From Candidatus Saccharibacteria bacterium QS_5_54_17 (GTDB taxonomy: Bacteria > Patescibacteriota > Saccharimonadia > QS-5-54-17): 64,000 nucleotides of DNA. The position numbers were made by a program, and so were the translations under genes. The notes under the pieces were generated by a model. That model did no database searches and was not told where the DNA came from. It saw nothing but the letters and a program-made list of their open reading frames with translations. Location: NCBI GenBank assembly GCA_003022365.1, contig PXOU01000018.1, positions 11,900 to 75,899 on the forward strand, read 5' to 3'. Numbering within the stretch: the first letter of the stretch is position 1; each line of letters starts with the position of its first letter. This document shows, piece by piece, positions 57,511 through 64,000 of this stretch.

Positions 57511-60228
57511 TTATCGCCGTTTTCGGAGTTTGACCGTTTGTTCCGGCTGGATTCCGGCATCTTTAGTTGGCTTATCCTGAGCCTGATTATTTCCCGAATC
57601 CGAATTTGATGGCTGCTGCTGCGGCTGTTGCTGCCGCTTTTGATTGCCGCCGCGGCGTGTGCCGGTTTGTTTGTCTTTTCGCTGGTCTTTTTGCGGGGCT
57701 TGTTGCCGGGCTTTTTGGCCGTTTTGCTGCTTTTGCTGGCCGTTATAGTTGTTATTATTGTTATTTTGCGCCTGCGCGTTGTTTGCTTGATTGTTCGGTT
57801 TCTGTTCATCCACGTTGGTCCAGGAGCGAATCATGGCCTCCACGTTACTCCGGGCTGAGGCGAAATGAGTCCGGGAGTGTTCGATGATGCTGGGTATATA
57901 ATCGGTCTCAATATCGGGCACCCGGAGCGAATGGGCGGTAAATGGCGGCGCCTTTTCCCCATCGATGTTCATGTTAATGATGAAATGCTGGTTATGGAGC
58001 CGGATTAGATCATCATCCTCGAAGGTCGGCGAGAAATAGCGCGCCAGGTAGGGCGCGTCGTCAGCGCTCACCCGGAAGGAAACAATAGAACCCACGTTGC
58101 CGAATACCGCGTCTCTGACTTCCTGGGACATTTGTGAGATGTATTGATTGGCTATGGTGAGGTTCAGGCCGTATTTGCGGGCTTCGGACAGTATGACGGC
58201 AAATGAGTCGGTGGCGAAATTCTGGAATTCGTCCACGTATAAGTTGAAGGGCCGGCGGTTTTCCAGGTGCGTAATGTTGGCCCGGCTCATGGCGGCCAGT
58301 TGCACCTTGGTCACCAGCAGCGCGCCTAGGGTGGCGGCGTTGTCTTCCCCCACCTGCCCCCGGCTGAGATTGATAATCATAATCTTTCCCTCATCCATAA
58401 TGGCCCGGATGCTGAAGGCGCTTTGAGGCTGGCCGATGATATTCCGTACCAATGGGTTAGCCGTAAAGGCGCCGATCTTATTCAGAATCGGGGCGACCGC
58501 TTCGGAAGCGAATTTCTCGTTCCAGGAAGCGAATTCATTCACCCAGAAGTTTTTGACCACCGGATCCTGGATGTGGGCAATCACGTCGTCGCGGAACGGC
58601 TTTTCCGTCAGCATCCGGGTGATGCCCAGCAGCGTGGCGTTGGGGTAATCCAGCAGGGCCAGAATCGTGTAGCGGAGAATATACTCCAGTCGTGGACCCC
58701 AGGAATAGCCGAACATGCGTTTCAGAGCACCCACCACTTCGGAGGAAATGTGGCTTTTCAGGCTGGGATCGGTAACTTCCAGCGGATTAAAGGCAATGGG
58801 ATATTCCGTGTCGGCGGGATTAAAGTAGACCACGTCCTGGACCCGGTTCTGGGGTATGTAACGGAGGACGTCAGCGGAAAAGTCGCCGTGGGGGTCAATG
58901 ACGGCAAACCCGCTTCCCTGGTAGATGTCTGAGAGCGTCAACAGCAGCATTAAATAGGTTTTACCGGTGCCGGTTTGGCCGACCACGTAGACGTGCCGGC
59001 CGCGGTCGCTGCGTTTAATGCCGAATTGGTGATTATGTCCGCGGAAATCGGTAACCCCGACCGGGCTCAGCTCTTGCTGGGGGACGGATTCCACCGAGGG
59101 CAGATTGGACGGCGGTTCGGCTGTCTTGTTGTTGGCCCAGACCATGTTGGGCGTTTCCACGTTGGTGTGCGGCAGATGGTACAGACTGGCCAGCTCTTCG
59201 ATGTTGAGAATCGAACCCCGCTTAAGGAACAGCCGCGCCCGGTAGTGTTTGACGGCCTCTTCCCCGCTGGCCCGGTCGCCGACTTTAAAGCTGTTGGTGA
59301 CGTCGTTGAACTGTTTGAAGGCGCCGAACAGTGCCTGCATCCGGAGCCGGGTCAGATTCCGGTCAGTGCCGATGTGCACGAACCGGATTTTGACTTCATA
59401 GCCGAGCTTGGCGATTTTGTCGTTGGCGGACTGGATCATGGCTTTTTGCTGGTCAGAGAGTTCCGGTTGGCTGCTGCCCTCCGATGAACCGGCCGGCGGC
59501 CGCCACAGGGCGACGAAAAAATCCCCCAGCAGTTTCTGAATTTTATTGCCGGCTCCGCCGCCTCCGCTCCTGAGCCGGGCGATGAAAGCTTCCCCCTTGC
59601 GGTGCCAACTGTCGTCGATGGGCCGGGCCAGAATCTGGATCCAGGCCTGTTCGCCCGGCTCTTCCAGCTTGGCCAGCACGGCGGTGATGCCGCCCAATGG
59701 GTCGACTTCAAAACTGTTGAACGTCTGGATCGGCAAATAATCGGCGTTGGCCAGTTTCAGTTCCATTGATTGGGCGATGTGATCTTCGGGTAATTCCTGT
59801 CGGGCGTAATCCTCGGGGACTTCGACAATGTTGACACTGGGGTACTGGGCGTATACCTGGCCCTCTATAAAGTTGCGCAAGTGGCGCGGCGCCCAGATAT
59901 AAAACCGGATTTGCTGGTTGACGGCCGCGATTTCGAAACTGATGTGCTCCTGGATCCCTCCTTCCTTTATCAGCTCCTGCTTGGGCCGGAGGATGCCGTG
60001 CAGGCTGGCGAATAGTTGTTCGGCCGAGAGTTCGCGTTTGTCGTTGTTGCGGGGTACCTCCAGCATCAGCAGCGTCGACTCGGATCCGGTTACCCACCGC
60101 TGTTTGCGGACGTTTTGCCATATGAAAAATCCCAGCACGGCGACCACGATGATCCAGCCGTACCAATCGAACAGCAGTTTACCCAAGAATTTGAGTATCG
60201 CAAACAGTATCGTTAAGAGAAGATCCAT
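57511..60228 (-). CDS. VirB4/TraD/HerA-like (type IV secretion coupling) ATPase
   Basis: N-terminal TM, Walker A 'GQTGTGKT', 'IDPHGD', Walker B 'LYVDEFQ', 'LSEARKYGL..ANQY..Q', 'FGNVGS'; Q/N-rich tail. Confidence 0.88.
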   Translation of the reverse strand: MDLLLTILFAILKFLGKLLFDWYGWIIVVAVLGFFIWQNVRKQRWVTGSESTLLMLEVPRNNDKRELSAEQLFASLHGILRPKQELIKEGGIQEHISFEIAAVNQQIRFYIWAPRHLRNFIEGQVYAQYPSVNIVEVPEDYARQELPEDHIAQSMELKLANADYLPIQTFNSFEVDPLGGITAVLAKLEEPGEQAWIQILARPIDDSWHRKGEAFIARLRSGGGGAGNKIQKLLGDFFVALWRPPAGSSEGSSQPELSDQQKAMIQSANDKIAKLGYEVKIRFVHIGTDRNLTRLRMQALFGAFKQFNDVTNSFKVGDRASGEEAVKHYRARLFLKRGSILNIEELASLYHLPHTNVETPNMVWANNKTAEPPSNLPSVESVPQQELSPVGVTDFRGHNHQFGIKRSDRGRHVYVVGQTGTGKTYLMLLLTLSDIYQGSGFAVIDPHGDFSADVLRYIPQNRVQDVVYFNPADTEYPIAFNPLEVTDPSLKSHISSEVVGALKRMFGYSWGPRLEYILRYTILALLDYPNATLLGITRMLTEKPFRDDVIAHIQDPVVKNFWVNEFASWNEKFASEAVAPILNKIGAFTANPLVRNIIGQPQSAFSIRAIMDEGKIMIINLSRGQVGEDNAATLGALLVTKVQLAAMSRANITHLENRRPFNLYVDEFQNFATDSFAVILSEARKYGLNLTIANQYISQMSQEVRDAVFGNVGSIVSFRVSADDAPYLARYFSPTFEDDDLIRLHNQHFIINMNIDGEKAPPFTAHSLRVPDIETDYIPSIIEHSRTHFASARSNVEAMIRSWTNVDEQKPNNQANNAQAQNNNNNNYNGQQKQQNGQKARQQAPQKDQRKDKQTGTRRGGNQKRQQQPQQQPSNSDSGNNQAQDKPTKDAGIQPEQTVKLRKRR

Positions 60229-60240
60229 CTACCCGTGGTT

Positions 60241-61260
60241 TTATTCGTTCAGGGCGTAGGTTGCTTTCGCTACGCGCTTAAATTGATCCTTCCCTTGTAA
60301 GTTTAATATAATTGTCGTCGGTTTTACATGGCGTTGCGTTAACACCCGTTTTATGATCTCGTCACGGTGTAGTGGCGACTCCTGTCTGAGAATGCCGGCG
60401 ATCACGTCCGCCACCGTACCGGCGCTAAAGCCCCACTCGTTCAGTGCGTAAATGCCCCGCCCGACTAATACAAACCGGTCATCTTTGATGAGTTCATTGT
60501 GAATCGCCTGGGTGGTCACGTTTTTCCGCTTAAAGTCGGATTGTTTAATTTCTTCGGCAATTTCATTGAAGTGCATCGGCGTTTGGTTGCGCTGGAGGAT
60601 GACGAAAATTTTGTCCCGGATGCTCTTGGGGTTAACTTGCGACCAGGTTTCCAGTCCCCATTTGCCGTCCAGATGCGTTAATCCTTTCACCGAACGGGCT
60701 AAGCCGTGGAGATGGTGTGCTTCCCAGGCGGAAAAATGGTTATGGAGGGTGGTCAGGTCGATGGGCTCGTTGAGCTTGTGGACGGTCTTGAGTAGATCAT
60801 CCCGGTGCTGGGCGAGGGTTTTGTGATCGTGGTGGGCGTGTAAAAACATGCTGTGATGGAAAAAATCGTTTTCGGGGATGACGGTAATGTCGGGTACCAG
60901 GTGGGCTAAGAAGTTGACGTGGGCGTGCTGGTCGGTTTCCAGGTGCCGGGATATTTCATGCAAGGGCGCGATCCGTCCCAACTCTTCCAGCCCGTTGACC
61001 AAATGCTCACGCAGCGCTTGCAACTGATCCTGCTCCATCTGCTGCAGGCGCAACAAGGTATGTTTCTCGATCTGCCTGACCCGCTCCCGGGTAATACCCA
61101 GTATACTGCCGATCTCTTCCAGCGTCTCCCGGCGCCCTTCCAAACCGAACCGGCGCCGAATGATCTCTCGTTCGCGATCCTTATCCACCGTATCCAGTAT
61201 GTCGGTTGCGAGTTGTTGGATATCGGGTTTTGCTACATCAGCCGTGGCCGTTGTTTCCAT
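60241..61260 (-). CDS. Sigma70 region-4 HTH + HARE-HTH DNA-binding protein
   Basis: 'RRFGL...TLEEIG..GITRERVRQIE' and 'PMHFNEI..QAIHNELIKDDRFVLVGRGIYAL.EWG'. Confidence 0.85.
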   Translation of the reverse strand: METTATADVAKPDIQQLATDILDTVDKDREREIIRRRFGLEGRRETLEEIGSILGITRERVRQIEKHTLLRLQQMEQDQLQALREHLVNGLEELGRIAPLHEISRHLETDQHAHVNFLAHLVPDITVIPENDFFHHSMFLHAHHDHKTLAQHRDDLLKTVHKLNEPIDLTTLHNHFSAWEAHHLHGLARSVKGLTHLDGKWGLETWSQVNPKSIRDKIFVILQRNQTPMHFNEIAEEIKQSDFKRKNVTTQAIHNELIKDDRFVLVGRGIYALNEWGFSAGTVADVIAGILRQESPLHRDEIIKRVLTQRHVKPTTIILNLQGKDQFKRVAKATYALNE

Positions 61261-61292
61261 GGGGTGACTCTTTTCAGATTTTCCTATATATG

Positions 61293-61321
61293 ATTATAAA
61301 ACAACCGTTGCGGGGTGTCAA
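61293..61321 (-). promoter_or_regulatory. Consensus sigma70 promoter
   Basis: TTGACA-17 nt-TATAAT on the minus strand. Confidence 0.75.
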
Positions 61322-61349
61322 TTGAGGATTACATAAGGGCTTTCGCTTC

Positions 61350-61750
61350 TATGAAAACCGGACGAAATGTCATTCCTGAAATAGATTAAGAGTAGGCTTT
61401 GAATCTGTCATCCTGAACTTGGTTCAGGATCTGTTTCAAAATTATCCTCTCTTGTCATCCTGAACCTGCCTGCCGGCAGGCAGGCCGGAATGACAACGAG
61501 AGTGACGAAAAAGAAGTGTCATCCTGAACTTGTTTCAGGATCTATTTCAATGCTGATTCTGAAACAAGTTCAGAATGACGGAGGAGGCTAAGAATAACAA
61601 AGAGGTTTTGCGTTTTTTATCACTTACTTCCTGCTTCTTACTTCTTGCTTCCTGTTCCCTCTTCCCTGTCTACCGTCTACCGTCTCCTGTCTACTGACTC
61701 CCACTTGCTGCTTACTTCTTACTTCTTACTGCTTGCTTTTTGTTCCTTGG
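61350..61750. repeat. Repeat mosaic R18
   Basis: Palindrome modules plus a pyrimidine heptamer tract overlapping the topA stop. Confidence 0.9.
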
Positions 61751-64000
61751 TTGGGTCCCGAACGCGAAGCGCTCCCCGACTTCTTGGATGTCTTGGATTT
61801 CTTTTTGACGTTGTCCAGGATTTCTTGTGCCTGCGCCCGGTCCAGATCTTGGGGAGTGATGTTCTTGGGTATTTTGGCGTTTTTGGAGCCGTTGGTTACG
61901 TAGGGTCCGAACCGGCCGTTGAGCACTTTGATGCCGCCCAGATCAGCGATGGTGCGTTTAGCTTTTTGCTCCCGCTGCTGGGTCAAGGCGGTTCGGGCGG
62001 TGGTTTGGGAGACACTGAACGGGTCGTCGCCTTCGGGGATGGCCGCGAAAGTATCCCCGCTTTTGACATACGGTCCGTAACGGCCGTAGTTGGCATAAAT
62101 CTCCGATCCGTCTTCCTCGGTTCCCACATAGCGGGGAAGTTGCAATAGGCGCAACGCCTCCTCAAAGGTAACGGAATGGATCTTTTCCCCGTTTGGGATG
62201 GGGGCGAATTTCGGTTTCTGCTCGTCTTCGGGGCGCCCCAGCTGCAACATGGGTCCGTACTTGCCCATCCGGGCGATGACGGGCCGGCCGGTATCCGGGT
62301 CGGTCCCTAGCTCCCGGGCGCCGCTGGCTTGCTCGCGGGAAAGCGATCCCGCTGCTTCGACTTTTTCATGGAAGGGGCCATAAAAGTCGGCAATCATGCG
62401 GTTCCAGGCTTCCTTGCCGCGGGCGACGCGGTCGAATGCCTCTTCCACTTCTTTGGTAAAGTCGTAATCCACGATGTCATCGAACTGCTTGGTCAAAAAG
62501 TCGTTTACCAGCAAGGCGATCTGGGTCGGGAATAGTTTATTCTTATCCTGCCCGTACATGATGGTTTCCTCGGCTTCGGTGACATCACTTCCGCCGCTCT
62601 CTAGTGACAGCGTGACGACGTCGCGTTTGCTTCCCGGGGTATTCCCCTTTTCGACATATCCCCGGTCCTGGATGGTCGAAATCGTCGGGGCGTAGGTGGA
62701 GGGCCGGCCGATGCCCATGGCTTCCAGTTTCCGTACCAAGGCCGCTTCACTGTAGCGGGTGGGCGGGCGTTTGAAGGTTTGCCGTGCCTGGACGGCATTC
62801 CGGGTTAGCGCCTCGCCGGCCTCGACCGTCGGCAGCACGATGTCGGTGATGGCCGTATCCTGGTGCGCTTTTAGCCAGCCCGGGAAGGTAATGACTTCTC
62901 CTTTAGCTTTGAACGGACTGCTAAGGCTCGGGGACTGAATGGTGATGGCGGTTTTATTGAGGGTGGCGGCGGCCATCTGGCTGGCCAGGGTTCGGCCGCG
63001 GATGAGTTCGTACAAGCGTTGCTCGCCCTTATCATCGGAGACTGACTGGGCGGCGACATCGGTGGGCCGGATAGCTTCATGGGCTTCCTGGGCGTCGGAG
63101 CGGCTCTTATAGCTACGGTATTGATGATATTCGGCCCCGAAGGTTTGCTCGACCACGCGCTTGATCTGTCCCAGCGCGTTACCCGAAAGCGTTACCGAGT
63201 CAGTCCGCATATAAGTGATGTGCCCGGCTTCATAGAGGCGCTGTGCCAACGTCATGGTTTGCTTGACGCTGTATCCCAGTTTCCGGGAGGCGACTTGTTG
63301 TAAGGTGGACGTCGTAAACGGCGCGGCCGGGTTGCGCGTGCCGGGTTTTTCCGTCACGTCTCCGACCGTGAATTGCGCATCCGCCATGGACTCCAGTAAC
63401 TGGCGCGCCGTGGATGCATCCCGGACGGTTTCGGCCAGTTCCGCCGGCAGTTCTTCCCCGCTCTGGGTACTGAATGTTGCCGATATTTTGAAGGTGCTCT
63501 CAGGCTCGAAATCCTCGATCTCCCGTTCGCGCTCCACAATCAACCGGACGGCTACCGATTGCACCCTTCCGGCGCTTAACCCCGGCTGTACTTTCCTCCA
63601 TAAGAGCGGTGATATTTCATATCCCACCAACCGGTCCAGCACCCGCCGGGCTTGTTGGGTGTCGACCAGGTTCTGGTCAATGCTGCGGGGGTTCCGCATG
63701 GCTTCGGTTATGGCCTGGGGGGTAATTTCGTGGAAGGTGATGCGTTTGGTCGATTGTTGACTGAGTTCCAGCACTTGCATTAAGTGCCAGGCGATGGCTT
63801 CCCCTTCCCGGTCCTCATCGGTTGCCAGCCAGACCGTGTCCGCCTTTTGGGCCGCTTGCTTGAGTTTGCGTATCTGGGGCTGTTTGTTGTCGGGGACGAT
63901 GTATTGGGGTTCGAATTGGTTCTGGGTGTCGATGGCCATTTCCTTGGAGGGTAGATCCCGTACGTGGCCGTAACTGGAGAGTACGGTATACTCCTCGCCC
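61726..64000 (-). CDS. topA: DNA topoisomerase I (5' end outside window)
   Basis: 'GHVRDLP', 'ATDEDREGE', 'SAGRVQS', 'ITYMRTDS', 'QEAHEAIRP', C-terminal Topo_C repeats 'GRYGPYV'. Confidence 0.97.
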   Translation of the reverse strand, partial: GEEYTVLSSYGHVRDLPSKEMAIDTQNQFEPQYIVPDNKQPQIRKLKQAAQKADTVWLATDEDREGEAIAWHLMQVLELSQQSTKRITFHEITPQAITEAMRNPRSIDQNLVDTQQARRVLDRLVGYEISPLLWRKVQPGLSAGRVQSVAVRLIVEREREIEDFEPESTFKISATFSTQSGEELPAELAETVRDASTARQLLESMADAQFTVGDVTEKPGTRNPAAPFTTSTLQQVASRKLGYSVKQTMTLAQRLYEAGHITYMRTDSVTLSGNALGQIKRVVEQTFGAEYHQYRSYKSRSDAQEAHEAIRPTDVAAQSVSDDKGEQRLYELIRGRTLASQMAAATLNKTAITIQSPSLSSPFKAKGEVITFPGWLKAHQDTAITDIVLPTVEAGEALTRNAVQARQTFKRPPTRYSEAALVRKLEAMGIGRPSTYAPTISTIQDRGYVEKGNTPGSKRDVVTLSLESGGSDVTEAEETIMYGQDKNKLFPTQIALLVNDFLTKQFDDIVDYDFTKEVEEAFDRVARGKEAWNRMIADFYGPFHEKVEAAGSLSREQASGARELGTDPDTGRPVIARMGKYGPMLQLGRPEDEQKPKFAPIPNGEKIHSVTFEEALRLLQLPRYVGTEEDGSEIYANYGRYGPYVKSGDTFAAIPEGDDPFSVSQTTARTALTQQREQKAKRTIADLGGIKVLNGRFGPYVTNGSKNAKIPKNITPQDLDRAQAQEILDNVKKKSKTSKKSGSASRSGPNQGTKSKQ

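Noticed and set aside
57511-60228. Conjugative element/ICE implied by the VirB4/TraD-like ATPase
   Set aside because: No relaxase, integrase or other T4SS genes nearby; host-like composition and housekeeping context
605-61750. Repeat clusters as CRISPR arrays
   Set aside because: Repeats are mixed in family and orientation, spacing is irregular, the intervening sequences are themselves repeated, and no cas genes are present
1-64000. Alternative genetic code (TGA=Gly, code 25)
   Set aside because: Conserved genes are uninterrupted under code 11 and TGA is used as a normal stop (ftsA, M16 peptidase, xseA)

Overview
A 64-kb, GC-rich chromosomal segment (genetic code 11) from what is most likely a Patescibacteria/CPR bacterium, probably Saccharibacteria-like. 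This is inferred from the gene repertoire and context: ftsEX-CHAP-ctpA, homodimeric glyQS, a VirB4/TraD-like ATPase next to a sigma-region-4/HARE-HTH gene and topA, and a minimal dcw cluster. The strongly acidic proteins suggest a hypersaline habitat (inference). Housekeeping genes: ftsA (partial), ftsZ, secA, murD, prfB, ftsE/X, ctpA, pyrG, rpmA, xseA/B, recO, glyQS, mraZ-rsmH-ftsL-ftsI-mraY-ftsW-murG-ftsQ-like, topA (partial). Accessory content: a low-GC EcoRII/Dcm-type R-M island with vsr, an internally deleted IS30, four large acidic surface-protein genes (two with PKD/polyQ/LPxTG-like tails) and a helical-repeat protein. The most striking features are non-coding. (1) About 18 intergenic mosaics (roughly 7 kb, over a tenth of the window) are built from a small kit of palindromes nested inside one another. 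They are bordered by polar heptamer tracts that invade gene 3' ends, and several are capped by an inward-pointing promoter/Shine-Dalgarno hairpin module. (2) Candidate structured RNAs and a 26-aa sORF lie inside the mraZ-rsmH-ftsL operon. (3) A promoter-to-terminator multi-hairpin sRNA/attenuator lies at about 14.64-14.80 kb. (4) Many housekeeping genes have a leaderless-type architecture. No rRNA, tRNA or CRISPR array was seen. All calls were made by eye, without database searches.
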